From contig OX597817.1 in the NCBI GenBank assembly GCA_951406725.2, positions 6,448,001-6,512,000 of the forward strand: DNA of 64,000 nt. Reading direction: 5' to 3'. This DNA is from Octopus vulgaris (lineage: Eukaryota). How positions within the stretch are numbered: the stretch's first letter is position 1; every line of letters begins with the position of its first letter. A program made the translations under genes and the position numbers. The notes beneath the pieces are model-generated. The model ran no database searches and was not told the DNA's origin. It saw nothing but the letters and a program-made list of their open reading frames with translations. This document shows positions 12,750 to 26,240 of this stretch, one piece after another.

Positions 12750-14740
12750 TTTCGGTATAGCAATATTAAACCTTCCATGGAAATCATGTAAGCATACCTC
12801 ACGATTTTCAGCGTAGATCGCTCTGTTGTAAGTAATATGATCAAAATCTTGTTTGAAGGTAACGGTAGCCTCATAAGGTGTCAACACAATTTATACAACT
12901 CAAAATTCGAAAAGTATATCACTGAAAATTTCAATCTTTTTTTGTGATACCAGTGGACTTTGACTCAAGCAAAACTCTATAAATCACAAGTTAATTATAC
13001 ACAAACCTCATATGTTATTCATCTTCTGGACACATATATTCCAGCCCTTATCTATCGTCTTTCTTTGTTGACTCGAGCGTACTCTCAATTGAAATTTCTC
13101 TCCGCCAACAACTCACCTACTTTACCCAGGTATTCAGCTACAAATATACCTACATAATCGAGTTCGAGGATATCTCACTTCTCTACAGGTCCTAATATAT
13201 CTGCATGTTGAATCCTTTTTATGTTCTCTTTCAATCATAAACATATATTCAATGATAACTATTTCTGCACCGAGGTTAATTATATCTCTTCACTTCTCTC
13301 TGAAATAATGCACTCGTTGACTTCAGCGCTAACACTTTTTGATCGTCACGCTTATCCGTACGGAACCTACAAGTACATATGCTAAATCTTCAGCACCTCT
13401 GAATCATTTACACCAATTTCTTTTATCTCCTTTTGTCAGACCCAATCGATGGATGGAAGCACTCCGTCGGTTACGACGACGAGGGTTGCGATTGATCCGA
13501 TAAACGGAACAGCCTGCTTGTGAAATTAACGTGTAAGTGGCTGAGCACTCCACAGACACGTGTACCCTTAACGTAGTTCCCGGGGATATTGAGCGTGACA
13601 CAGAGAGTGACAAAGCCGGCCCTTTGAAATACAGGTATAACAGAAACAGGCAGTAAGAGTGAGAGAAAGTTGTGGTGAAAGAGTACAGCAGGGATCACCT
13701 CCATCCCCTGCCGGAGCCTCGTGGAGCTTTTAGGTGTTTTCGCTCAATAAACATTCACAACGCCCGGTCTGGAAATCGAAACCGCGATCCTATGACCGCG
13801 AGTCCGCTGCCCTAACCACTGGGCCATTGCGCCTCCACTACCCAATCGATACACAGTCGTTCATAATATTTTTGATGTCCACTTCCCTAACAAACACAAA
13901 CCCTACGAAATTCCCCTCATCTTTTCACCAATCGAATGTTAGGTAGCATTTGCAGCATATGCCCTTCACGCTTGACTTATCATGAGAGTCAGCTGGTTGA
14001 CTTGAAATCATTATTTTAGACAGGCATCTTTCGCCTACATCAGTGGCATACAGATAATTCACAGCAATAAACTCGAAGTTTTCAGAAAATTCTATAATCT
14101 TACAAGAACACTGTGGATCTCTCCACTCAAATATCCACCCTGGATGTAGCTAAACAGTATCAGAAAAAATCTGTAATTTTTCTTTAAAGCAATCAGTAAT
14201 ATAAAGTTTTGCAGTCTTCAATAAAGTTTGGATAATATTCACAATCGAGTGCTGTTCCCGCACCTGGATTTCTGCTACAGTTACACAGAGAGATTTCTAG
14301 AGAGCATCAAGAGAAAGGTTTGTTGACAGCTTCGTACAAAGTAACACGGCTACACTACAACATATAGTCCACAAACGTTCTTACGCCTTTCTGTGACTTT
14401 TCTATCCTTACTAAAATAAACTTCACCCATCGGATCTGCATGGTCCAGTGTACTTTCTACTTCCACACAGCACCTCCCTCTTTTACCTACTCTAACCACG
14501 TATATTCTCCACTCTTAAGCCAAGCTTTAAACTTACAACCTGTTCCCCTTCTCCCAGATAATCATCTCTGAATCTTTCCTGCATGTTTAGACTTGAAAAT
14601 TTTGAAAAGAATCGTAAACCACATTGACTTCAATAGTCCCATAATACCTGAAAATTTTATCTAAGGTCATGAGCTCGACATCTTTCTCCAGACCAACCTA
14701 CTGAAAATGGAAAGTGCTGGCTATTTTAACGCATCCTAAA
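12750..14740 (-). pseudogene. Old RTE-like LINE remnant interrupted by a SINE
   Basis: Minus-strand scraps resembling RTE ORF motifs (VYFSKDRKVTERRKNVCG; VEK*DILELD near the expected FxYLG). Heavily decayed. Confidence 0.35.
13451..13839 (-). mobile_element. tRNA-derived SINE family B, full length, with TSD
   Basis: Minus-strand head ggaggcgcaatggcccagtggttagggcagcggac...ggtttcgatttcc (A and B boxes). 11-bp TSD acccaatcgat at 13440-13450 and 13840-13850. Confidence 0.93.
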
Positions 14741-14965
14741 ATATTTGTAACAGTTATTATTACTATCACTTAAAACTAATGAATACGCTTAAAATTTCAA
14801 AAAGCTCTTTTTTTTTAAAGTTACGTCTATATAAATTCACTCAGTGTTATGTTTTTTTAAGCTGAAGGCAATGTATGAATATTAGATTTAGTTTAGTCAG
14901 AACATTTCTCGCATTTTATTTTGAACTTGGCAGCAATAACAGCTTTTTATACCCATCTCTATATC

Positions 14966-15353
14966 TTGGAAGCACTCCGTCAGTTACGACGACGAGGGTT
15001 CCGGTTGATCCGATCAACGGAACAGCCTGCTCGTGAAATTAACGTGTAAGTGGCTGAGCACTCCACAGACACGTGTACCCTTAACGTAGTTCTCGGGGAT
15101 ATTCAGCGTGACACAGAGAGTGAGTGACAAGGCCGGCCCTTTGAAGTACAGGTACAACAGAAACAGGAAGTAAGAGTGAGGGAAAGTTGTGGTGAAAGAG
15201 TACATCAGGGATCACCACCATCCCTGCCGGAGCCTCGTGGAGCTTTTAGGTGTTTTCGCTCAGTAAACACTCACAACGCCCGGTCTGGGAATCGAAACCG
15301 CGATCCTACGACCGCGAATCCGCTGCCCTAACCACTGGGCAATTGCGCCTCCT
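14966..15353 (-). mobile_element. SINE family B, full length, with TSD
   Basis: Near-identical to 13451-13839. 12-bp TSD catctctatatc at 14954-14965 and 15354-15365. Confidence 0.93.
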
Positions 15354-16547
15354 CATCTCTATATCAAGTTGTATTCGTTATGCCTCCATACATTTTTAAT
15401 TAAATATTTGATTTACAGTTTATGTATATTCCGTGTGATAGTGATTGAGATAAATATTTGTGTCCCAATCAACTCTATATTCTTGTCTAACATAACAATG
15501 TATGCTTTCGGCACTTTTTCCTGCTACGTATCATTATTTTGTTGTAGATGAGTATTTCAACAATATTGTTCTTCCACTTTTGTTTGAAATACCAGAAAAC
15601 TCAATTACTATCTGGCATAGAGATTGGATTTAATCATATGTCCATGTTCAATATCCATTAATATAGGTGTCTCCACAAAGGTGATGCTTCTACAAGCGTG
15701 ACTTTACTTTCAGAGTAAGATACTTTCTTTTCTGAAACTCTTACTGTGATGTTGATCATTCCACTTTTTAGAGAATAGTCACTGTTATGTCAAACTACAT
15801 CTGTTTTTTATAGTGAAATTCACTTCACTTTAACTCATTCTTAAAATTTAAAAAGAAACTGTCTCTTACGAAAGCCAAGAATACCATAAGCCTATGACAG
15901 TATTTTTATATTGTGTTTCTATTCTATTTACAAGTAAAAATATTACTTAAATATATCTGTGCTAATGGCCGACTAGAGTTAAGATTCAATATTCCATGCT
16001 AAATTAAAGTTTATTTCGAATTTTTTACGATTTTTTCTTTTTTACTTACTTTCCTATCGAATTTTTTTATAATACAGTTTTTTGTAAGAAATTAGACAAC
16101 TCCGTCAGTAGCATATTTATGATTATATCAATACATGAAAATACGATGCGATTTTGCTATTTTTTTCTCATATGCTTTGATGAATGACATCGATGATTAG
16201 TGACAACATGAATACGCAACTTTTCCTAATTTCGCTTTTATGTCAGAGATATTTGTTTTTTGTTTTTTTATTGATTTCTTTGTCTACTTTAAACTATCTC
16301 TATATGAATCTTGTATAATCAACCGTAATTATTTCAATTGATTTTGTGTTCTCTAGTTATTATTGTGCCCATTTTAAGATTCTGATTGCTGAATATTCCT
16401 GTCATATTTTCTATAATTCAGTGTTTTATGGAAATGAAGATTGTCTTCTGTTATGTTTGTTGCTTATTCATCCGTAAGATTTCTTATATATCTCCGCCTT
16501 ATGGATTATTATGGAGAGTTTTTTTAATCATAAGTCGTATTGTTGTT

Positions 16548-16582
<35 letters not shown>

Positions 16583-16778
16583 ATATAAAAACCTTATTTT
16601 AAACAATATCTGATCTAAAATTTTACTTGGTTTTTACTATTGTCGTTAAAAGTGTTAACGAGATTTCCATCGACCCATTTCTGTTTTCAGTGTGCTTCTG
16701 CTCTTGTAAAAGTTCATTCCACCTTGTAGAAGATACATCAACTTACACATGCACGCCGCGCAACGCACACAGACACAA

Positions 16779-16843
16779 ACATACATACATACATACATAC
16801 ATACATACATACATACATACATACATACATACATACATACATA
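16779..16843. repeat. (CATA)n microsatellite
   Basis: Read directly from the sequence. Confidence 0.97.
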
Positions 16844-16844
16844 C

Positions 16845-16942
16845 TTACGCTACCTAAACACCAATCTTGAGAAGTTAGGCTTCACGAAACCAAAAAGGAG
16901 AAAGCTAATTCGAAGACTTCAGATCCAATCGATCGCTGGAAC
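16845..16942 (+). pseudogene. Short C-terminal fragment of a restriction-like-endonuclease LINE ORF
   Basis: YLNTNLEKLGFTKPKRRKLIRRLQIQSIAGT resembles the end of RLE-clade ORFs (LxxLG...LQxxxxxGT). Confidence 0.45.
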
Positions 16943-17169
16943 TTTATTATTGTTACCGAAGAGCTACCAATCCAATATAATCAAGCAAACATGGAATCAT
17001 TTACAGGCAAATGGCTAGAAACAGATTGGCAGAAACAACCGTAACTACTGATAAGGTTGTAGTATATTCATTGCTTGTCTACTTAATTTTATTATATATT
17101 ATTCTTCTTTATCAGTGTGACTCCTGGGTTTTCTACGCTAATGAACTTCGAATCATTTCAGTTTACCAT

Positions 17170-17520
17170 TTTTTCTTTCCTTGTTTTTACCCCTCTGCAA
17201 AGTAACTTTATTTAATTCTTTCGCAGGAAGGGCTAGTTCGACGAGTCGTGTTCTGTCATTACCTTCGAAACACGCATGGAGTTGAACTAGGGACAGCTGA
17301 TGAAGGGGAATTTTCCTTGTATTGTTTGTCTTGTACTCTGTTTTTTCGTTGTTAAAAAAAGTCCGTTTCCATGTTTGTTTTTACGTTTTCGTTTCTCGTT
17401 GAGATCTACGTCTATTTGTGGTGTCCTGTACTCACATATATATATTTATATATGCATGTATATATACATGTAGATGTAGGTACGTACATACATGTATGTA
17501 TGTATGCATATATTTTATTT
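17170..17520 (+). mobile_element. Dispersed repeat family E (PLE pseudo-LTR-like), copy 1
   Basis: Homologous to 42470-42862 and partly to 40085-40270. Shared core gcaggaagg..ctag..gacgagtcgtg..ctgtc..ccttcgaaacacgc..ctag..gacagctgatga and shared tail tgtagatgtaggtacgtacata. Confidence 0.7.
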
Positions 17521-17730
17521 ATTAATTTATTGCATGACTGAGCACCCTCGCGTCATTTCGTTTCTTTTCTGTTCTCCAAGTAAGTTTATATAAATATATA
17601 TATATGTTTGTGTGTATATATATGTATATCCCGAATTTTTTTGTGATCATAGAACTTAGCTGTTCTTTCAAATGCGTTAGAATCATTATAAGTGGATTCT
17701 CTGTGTTTAAATATACACTATATCGTATGA

Positions 17731-17732
<2 letters not shown>

Positions 17733-17825
<93 letters not shown>

Positions 17826-17872
17826 TTATATATATATATATGAGTGAGTGTGTGTGTGTGTATGTATGTGTA
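17733..17872. repeat. (TA)n-(TG)n microsatellite
   Basis: Read directly from the sequence. Confidence 0.98.
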
Positions 17873-17962
17873 TAGGGAGAGTTTACGAAAAAAACAAAAG
17901 ACGAATACAGGTGGTGTACAAAACAAACAGTTGTATTAGTATAACGCTCAGGAATAGAAAAA

Positions 17963-18004
17963 GTCTTTTACGTTTCGAGCCTACGCTCTTCTATAGAAAT
18001 TGAC
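17963..18004 (-). ncRNA. Degenerate minimal type I hammerhead-like motif
   Basis: Minus strand: gtc-aa-ttt CTATAGA a gag cgtagg ctc GAAA cg TA aaa-gac. Stems II, III and I are present, but the core differs from CUGANGA at G5 and A6. Confidence 0.45.
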
Positions 18005-18359
18005 ACCGAAAAAACAAGGAGATAAAAAAATGTGTGTAGTGGCTAACGATCTATCATGGCGACTGACTCAGACAGAAGGGTCACACACGAGAGGGAAAGT
18101 AGGGAAGATAACAAAGTAAATATGACCCCCAGCACGAAGGTGCGTGTGTGTATAAGAGAATATGTATGTTTGTGTGAAAGAGGGCTGGTGGTCAGGACGT
18201 ATGCGTGTATGTATGTGTATGTAGGTGTGTGTATGTAGGTGTGAAAATGTGGGGATGCGCGTGTGGGTGGTGTGTTGTCATGTGATGTGTAATGTTGTAT
18301 GGCGTAGTGTGGTGTGGTGTTATGTTGTTGGGAGGTCTATATGTATCTATCCATCTATG

Positions 18360-18396
<37 letters not shown>

Positions 18397-18512
18397 ATAT
18401 CTAATTGTTCAAACTGAAGTCCTTGAGCGACACGGAATATTATTTTATGGAATTTTGATTTACTGTCATGTGACTTTTGAGCAACAGCGGTTTTATATAT
18501 ATATATATATAT

Positions 18513-18960
18513 ACTCTTTACTCTTTTACTCTTTTACTTGTTTCAGTCATTTGACTGCGGCCATGCTGGAGCACCGCCTTTTAGTCGAGCAAATCGACCC
18601 CGGGACTTATTCTTTGTAACTCCAGTACTTAGTCTATCGGGTCTCTTTTACCGAACCGCTAGGTGACGGGGACGCAAACACACCAGCATCGGTTGTCAAG
18701 CAATGCTAGGGGGACAAACACAGACACACAAACACATACACACACATATATGTATATATATATATATACATATATACGACAGGCTTCGTTTAGTTTCCGT
18801 CTACCAAATCCACTCACAAGGCTTTGGTCGGGCCGGGGCTATAGCAGAAGACACTTGCCCAAGATGTCACGCAGTGGCACTGAACCCGGAACCATGAGGT
18901 TGGTTAGCAAGCTACTTACCACACAGCCACTCCTGCGCCTTCAAGCCACTCCTGCGCCTA
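18513..18960 (-). mobile_element. tRNA/CORE-type SINE family C, full length
   Basis: Minus-strand head aggcgcaggagtggctgtgtggtaagtagc..gggttcagtgcc, CORE-like cttgggcaagtgtctt, internal TA/CA microsatellite, tail gaaacaagtaaaagagtaaaagag. Confidence 0.92.
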
Positions 18961-18961
18961 C

Positions 18962-18997
<36 letters not shown>

Positions 18998-19595
18998 ACA
19001 CACTCGTTAATATTGCTGATTATTCTAGCATCAGTAGTGGTCCTCCTGTGAATTGAGAGCGATATTTTTGAAAACTTTATTGTGTTGCACAACCAAAGCA
19101 AGAAAAGGAATGTTCACAGCCAATTACCAGGACATCACAGCACCTGCAGACTTAGCTGCTAAAGATCAATCAATCCAAGTAGGAATTATATACTCTATAA
19201 TTCGCCGTTCTTGTTTGAATTAATATTAATATTGAAGATTAGTATCTTATGTCGCATTCATATCCTTCCAAGGAATAAAAGATTACTTGGTATACAAGGT
19301 TTTGTTGAAGAAGTACTTTATATCTCTTGTCTGAAGTTATGGAAGGCAGTAATAAACACATGCATTCGGAATAGTTTTGATTCGTAAAGGATTTACGTCT
19401 ACTGGTTGTCGGATGGATTATTATATTCTGCATCAAACTGCAGCTGTGGGAAGAATGCTAAATTCCCGCAATAAAAATTTAATTGATATCTTGGACATTA
19501 TTACGCGGATAATTTTTGTAAAGTCTCTGAAAGTAATTAAAATGTGTACTAATAGCATTTACACTGATTTCACGATAAATAGAGAGGAGAGGGGA

Positions 19596-19770
19596 AAGAA
19601 GGAGAAGAAGAAGAAGAAGAAGAAGAAGAAGAAGAAGAAGAAGAAGAAGAAGAAGAAGAAGAAGAAGAAGAAGAAGAAAAGAAGAAGAAGAAGAAGAAGA
19701 AGAAGAAGAAGAAGAAGAAGAAGAAGAAGAAGAAGAAGAAGAAGAAGAAGAAGAAGAAGAAGAAGAAGAA
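19596..19770. repeat. (AAG)n microsatellite
   Basis: Read directly from the sequence; one phase slip at ~19680. Confidence 0.98.
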
Positions 19771-20453
19771 TGCAGGAAAGGGAACCCAAGGACGAGGAAA
19801 TGTATTTGTTATTTAATATTGCGCTGTTCCTATGACGGGTTATGGTGTGGAGAAAATCGGACAAGCAGCGAACGGGGAAGTTAAAGCACGGCAAGGAAAA
19901 CATTAAAAAATGATGCTACAGAAATTTTGTAGCTGACGATACAGAGAATAATAATAGTGATTTGTGACATAGGCAGTGCGCATTCCTTGTGGGAGAGGTG
20001 TAGTCAAGGAAATCAATTTTATAACATGTTTGATAATTATATTATTGACTCCGGTATAATGAAAGGCAAGGTTGACTCCGGCTATGTTTCAACTTACTGT
20101 ATGTTAGGCGTTATATTGATTCTGATATTCAACGCCAGCTATTACGATGATGATGATAACATGTTGATATAACAACAACAATAATAATATTAATAATAGA
20201 TTGAAGGGAAGGGTAAATCGATACTATCGAACGAGTAATTTTCACGTATATTATCGTATACATCTTCTAAGAGAATTTGGACTCAGAACTAGAAGATTGG
20301 GATCAAACTCAAACGCAGCAATGCATTTTTTCTGATGTTGTAACGATTCTGCCAATGGTATCTCCTGCCAGACAGGTATGTTTACAATTTCTTCAAAGTA
20401 TGATTTCTACTCGTTTCACTCAGTAAGCACACTATATAGTTTATTAGTTAATA

Positions 20454-20685
20454 GGCTGTGAGCTGGCAGAAACGTTAGCGCGCCGGGCGAAATGCTTTGC
20501 GGTATTTCGTCGGTCGTTACGTTCTGAGTTCAAATTCCGCCGAGGTCAACTTTACCTTTCATCCTTTCGGGGTCGATAAATAAATTACCAGTTTCGCACT
20601 GGGGTCGATGTAATCGACTTACTCTCTTTGTCTGTCCTTGTTTGTCTCCTCTGTGTTTAGCCCCTTGTGGGTAGTAAAGAAATGG
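20454..20685 (+). mobile_element. SINE family A, full length, with TSD
   Basis: Same subfamily as 1138-1365. Direct repeat atatagtttatta at 20434-20446 and 20686-20698. Confidence 0.92.
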
Positions 20686-22239
20686 ATATAGTTTATTAAA
20701 CTGATACTGGGCTTCGAATCTTCATGAGAAACGTTTAGATAACGGGCCTCAGACCCTCTTCTCAATGTACGACTATAAAAGGAGTAGGAAACGACAACGT
20801 TTAACATGATGCCGGAACATAGATGGCGAGGGAAGCTAGGCATGCATTTGAAATTGCCAGACGATAATTCCAGGTGTTTATATATATATTCGCGTTACAT
20901 ATACGCGGGACCTATGTAAACCAAATGTAAACACGTTCTCGTACACAACGTGTACTCAATAAAATAAATTGATAATTCAAGTTTATGTGAGTGATCGTCG
21001 GATAAAATGAATATTCAGCTCCGTGCACATTCCGTGCGACAGCATGCAGCATTATCCGAATCTATTTGAGCTTGTGCACAATGAATGCTGCTTTACATTT
21101 AGTAATGCTTAACAGGGGAATAGCTGAGAGAGATGTTAATAATTCATATAAAATCAGCATTGAAAATAAATACAGTAACATCAATGCAATCAATGGATAT
21201 CAGAACAAAAATTGTAGATGTTACTCGTGTCTGGTGTTTGATACCCAGTAGTATCATACTGTATCAAAAAATATCGCTTCCGAGAATACAAAAATTCGTC
21301 TATATAACAGAGTGGTTCAATCGGAAATTCACTATACCTATAACAATAGCTAACTATTTGACCTATAAAGCAACTCATGTGAATAACAATCAGCATTTAA
21401 GAAAAGCCTTTTGATGACTTACGCAAATAAAAAAGTTCATATTTACAATGTCTAAGGGGAATTATCAAAGCATTGCGTTTTAATGCCTAGTCGTATAATC
21501 CACGGTTTCTACTGGTTTGTTGTTGGTCGAAATAGGTAAAGTATAATTACAGTAGTCGCTCACATGAATTAGGCGCATGCAGGGAGAATTAAAGTATAGA
21601 ATAAATACTCCACGTAATGAAACAAGTATAATAAACCATATGACAGCACTTAAAGTTTTTAAAACATTGATGAGAATACATATTAAAAGTGACTAAATGC
21701 AACAAAAATATTGAACAATGATGCTTTGGATGAGTGTTAGTATTACAGAGAGCCGTCTTTCACAAGTAAGCCTAGCTTGGTAACATATACATTTGCTGTT
21801 ATTTCAAGTGCCTATAGAATCGAAATTCGTGCTCCTCTAGACCTCATAAACTTGAAATAATATAGGATCACCGTTATGACATGGTAGAAAAGTAGTCTTT
21901 CAGTACCTAGTGGGTTCTCTTTACAAATAAGAGACATAAATTTGAGATAATGTTCTTTGGTGAAAGACAAAAAAAAACATTCCTGGGTTTAGAAATTGCA
22001 TTCACAACTTTAATACCGTAACTACCACACCTCACAATTTTTTCTGCTCTAAAGTAATGGATTTAAAATGTATAAGATTAGAATCAATCGGTCTTCTCAA
22101 AATTATCTACATTTAATGACCCGCAAAAATGACCAAAGTACATGAAGCCGTCGCAAACATATATGAACAATATATTTGAATGTTTCCCACGATAGCGTTT
22201 TCTCATATGTAGACAACATCATCGTTCATATCTCCCTTA

Positions 22240-22960
22240 ACTATCGCACCCGAATATTATCCACATATGTTCTAGTCACTGCAGGCCAAACGTGTTCTGT
22301 GTCAATAAAGAGTGAACTTAGAAATATACTAAAACAAGATCATATCAATCTCCCTCAACAGCAATAAAATAAAACAAAATAAGATACTGATTATTTCAAT
22401 TGTCCACTGTTACACTTTAATGCCATTAAGCATATGCAAGATACTCTTGAAACACTCTTTATCACTTCAAATAATAGATCTCCCTGACTCTGAGTCGCTC
22501 GTGCGTAATTTAATTTCTTAACAGACTTCAATTACTTAAAATTCCTTAAAACACTGCATCTCAAAAACTGATATATTCTTTCAGAAAGAGAAACAATTCA
22601 GTTTCCATCTACTACAAGTCGTCTACTAACCTTCAGTGAAAGCGATAATTGAGCAGTGCACCCAAATGTTGCTGCTGTTACACATTTCAAGGCGTGTCTA
22701 CTGACTATCAGGAAATCACTAAAAAATACACACTAAACCGAAATACATAGCCTGCCTGTTCCCTCTTTTTTGCTATCACAACTATAGTGGTCTCTACTCA
22801 TTACATCCCTTGCACTGAAGCACTCTAAATGCACTCATATTTCTTCATTCATTAGGCATGCATACATTGCTGCATCTATTGCCCCAAGCCAAACACTATC
22901 CGCTGCATTCACTTGACGAGAACTTGTTAAAAATTGTAAGTGGAAATTTTCATTGATTTT
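22240..22960 (-). pseudogene. Possible L1/Tx1-like endonuclease remnant
   Basis: Minus strand NVCMPNE (NVYAPN-like) followed ~250 bp later by RWKLN (WKLNxSLL-like), in the expected order. Confidence 0.4.
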
Positions 22961-24799
22961 AGATAGATAGCGCCCTTCCTCTTGAGTAAGCTTTAAAGAT
23001 AAAACAAAATGAAATATTTCATCTACCTAAAACGTCATCGGTTGTCTGTAGGTAGCTTACAAACTATTTTCCCAAATAGTGTCCCGAACGACACCTGAAC
23101 ATTTACAAAAACAATTTCCTATACCATGGACGAAACAGCGAACCAGCTCTTTATCTAAATATTGGTAATAGATAATAAAAATATATTCCAAAATATTATT
23201 TCATTCACCGAGATTAATTACAAGGAAATCATTTTCATTGTCTTAGGTAATTGTCTTATCAAAGCGTGGTAATCTTGTTTAATTAATGAGGATGCTGGCA
23301 TTTCGCTAAAAGCTGGCAGAATGAGTAGTACTATAGAAATGTGTAGTACTGGAGAACAAGTAGTACTAGACTTAATTGAGATATCTAATGGGATATTGTA
23401 ACCCCAATTTCAAATGATACTTGTTTGTTAAACTAGAAGCTAAAAGTATGTTTCTGAGATATTCTGTTTGTGAATTTGCTCCGAATGATCGAACACTTTA
23501 GTTTGAACATAAAGAGGTTCTTTAGATTAGAACAATAAAAATAGAATAGAAATCGAGATCAAAGGATCATTTCAGCTAGAAATTTGGAATTCAAACTCAA
23601 GACGATAATAGAGTGGCTGGACGTTTATGCGTTCTAATATGCATCCATGGAAGTTATCAAAATAACGATGAATTATGAAGACTCTTGTTGGAAAGATCAA
23701 ATTTAAAACTCATTTCATTAGCAAGAATAATATATTACCATCAACAAATTTTGTCTTGCCTGTAGAGAATAAGACCTGTAGTCTGTAATATGAGAACTAT
23801 ACACCCGAAACACCGCATACTTCCTACTACTTGTGACACTCAACGACTGTGCAATCATAGAGAAAAGAAAATGATAGTCCATGGCTACTTAGGCATCAGA
23901 GTGCAATGTAAGAAGGTAGTTATTGATGCTTTCACTACGGTTGCAATTCCACGAAGAATAGCATGATTATAATAAAAGGGTTGTAAATCAATTATTTTCG
24001 CAGCACAACTTTCAGGTAATTCGTTTAGACTTAGAATAGCTGAAGTCTGAACATAAAACAGCAGCAAAAGTGGACATAACGACGACAGAGATATCAACCG
24101 CAATGAACTACAATAAAGCATGGGTTTACGTAGATAATACAGCAGCGACAGTGAGGTCACTTATAATGAGAGAGATAACAATTTCCTCTGATCTGAATTA
24201 ACAAATCCGATAGAATAAGAAAGAGAAACAGTATTCGCGATACATGAACACGCCATCATCACTCAATGTATTGAAAAGTATCTTCAGCATGCCTGTAAAA
24301 TAAATAAATGTTGGTGGTTTTCTGAAACCGTGTAAACAGGTTGTGTCGTGAACTTGCAAAACATCGAACAAATTAAACTCTAACGCATAATAATGTATCA
24401 AACCTGAATTAAATACGCCAATTTCAACGCATTGAAAGGAAAGGTTTCACGGCATTCATTGATTATAATAAACTAGATGTTAAAAATAAAAAAAAAGAAA
24501 CATTTATGGAATGGTGTCACCATTAAATTTATAACTACCAGAAGTTGTTGACTATCATTTAAGTAAATGGCAGTCAACAACTTCAGTAAACACATTGATG
24601 AATGTGTTTTATTTATGTTGATAAACATATGTAAATTCCAGAATATAACAATAGTCAGAACTGTAAGCATTGTTAGGCATTATCGTACATCCCTTGTCAA
24701 CTATGAACATTACTATGGGTATGATTGTACGATGAATAAATGGCAACTAATTCAGTAAATAAGGAAAAGATAGTGAATTGAATAACATAATTCCCCCTT

Positions 24800-25865
24800 T
24801 TCCCTTTTTATTGGAGACAATATTTTTATCGAACTTCCTTTTCCCATTTCCTTTTTACTCATAGCTAAAAGCTTCAACCAATCGAGTAAATCAGGCTGGA
24901 ATTGGATGACGGTAATAATTAGCAAGGGTATATAATGTGCACAACATATAAATACTTAAAGCAGATACATAAAAATATACACCGATTGTCCCAAAAATAG
25001 GAATTAGTTAAGACATTATCAACATGAGGCTGAGGGAATTAGCCAGAATAGACAGAAAAAAGAGCAAAGAATATAAAGGTAGGCTTTAGGAGAGACCACC
25101 TGTATATGATATAAAAATGTTAAATTTATATCTATTTAGGGAACACTTATAAAATAAGTACTATAGGAATGCAACAAATTCTAGTGACGAACATTTGAAA
25201 ATTTTGCATATAGCTATAGAATAACTAAAAATACATATATCTGTTTTCTGTCAATCAGAATATCAAATCCTACAAAACGCAATAGTTAGCGAATTGGGAT
25301 GAGAAACGAGAAACAAAAGAAATAGAAATCATTAAAATGGCTAACAATAGGGTTACGAAGTAGCTTGCTGAAACGATGGGAATAGATGCACGTGCATCAG
25401 TAAAGCATGCAAAAATGCTGAATAGAGTAAAATTGCAACACAGACTGGGAGTCGGGTGGAAATTCGAGATAGAAGGATCTTGTATTCGGTTCATTATGTC
25501 GCTTCATTGCAAACGAATGTTATGGATGAAAATATAATTACGTAACTTTAAAATACATGAAACGTGTGACAAATAGATTAACTACATTGTTTCTGGCTGC
25601 CCAGTATTAATCACAGGAGAATCCATGTCCTGAAGGACACATATATGGCTTCATCAGGAAATTAACACATATTAGGTGATATAAACATAAGTCGAACTAG
25701 TATGAGGCAATTACAATGTGACAAGACTCTGGGGCATACCAATGCCTTTAGAAAATATAGACAAGAATAACATGGATAACTAAGCAGAAATTATTTCCAA
25801 TATCCATCATGGAAGATTTAACTCTCAAAAGTATTGAGCTCAACAGAAGATATTGCATCACTAAA
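24800..25865 (+). pseudogene. Heavily decayed R4/Dong-like LINE 3' region
   Basis: INYIVSGCPVL at ~25577-25608 (HIVSGC zinc-knuckle-like) and NVTRLWG at ~25715 (NVTILWD-like). Confidence 0.5.
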
Positions 25866-25934
25866 AACTGGATCTCATCTGAACTTTTATAAAAACGGGG
25901 AAAGAGAAATCGTGATAATGAAAATGCATTAACA

Positions 25935-26093
25935 ATGATAATAATGGTTTCAAATTTTGCCAAACGGGCAGTAATTGTGATGTGGGGGGGGGATGAGATG
26001 ATTGCATCGATCCCAGTGTTTCATCCCTAACGGATGAAAGGTAAAGTCGACCTTGGCGGAATTTGAAATTAGAACGTAAGCATTTCGTCCAGC
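25935..26093 (-). mobile_element. SINE family A, internally deleted
   Basis: Reverse-complement of family A: ggtttcaaattttgcc...atcgatcccagtg...ggatgaaaggtaaagtcgaccttggcggaatttgaa... Confidence 0.75.
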
Positions 26094-26094
26094 G

Positions 26095-26173
26095 AATAAT
26101 AATAATAATTAATAACAACAACAACAACAATAGCAATGGTGATGATGATGATGACGACGACGACGACGACGAC

Positions 26174-26230
<57 letters not shown>
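26095..26230. repeat. Compound (AAT)(AAC)(GAT)(GAC)(GAT) microsatellite
   Basis: Read directly from the sequence. Confidence 0.97.
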
Positions 26231-26231
<1 letters not shown>

Positions 26232-26240
26232 GCGAAATAG

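Noticed and set aside
13770-13839. tRNA-like sequences with A/B boxes here and in other SINE heads
   Set aside because: They are heads of TSD-flanked SINEs with no complete cloverleaf, so not called as tRNA genes.
18663-19010. Recurrent peptide SFRLPNPLTRLWS..GYSRRHLPK in several ORFs (18.7, 54.6, 56.6, 61.2 kb), suggesting a gene family
   Set aside because: It is the antisense translation of SINE family C.
21040-21135. YPNLFELV..FSNA resembling a hAT dimerisation motif; similar vague transposase-like text at 43.4-44.8 kb
   Set aside because: Too short and too degenerate to support without a profile search.
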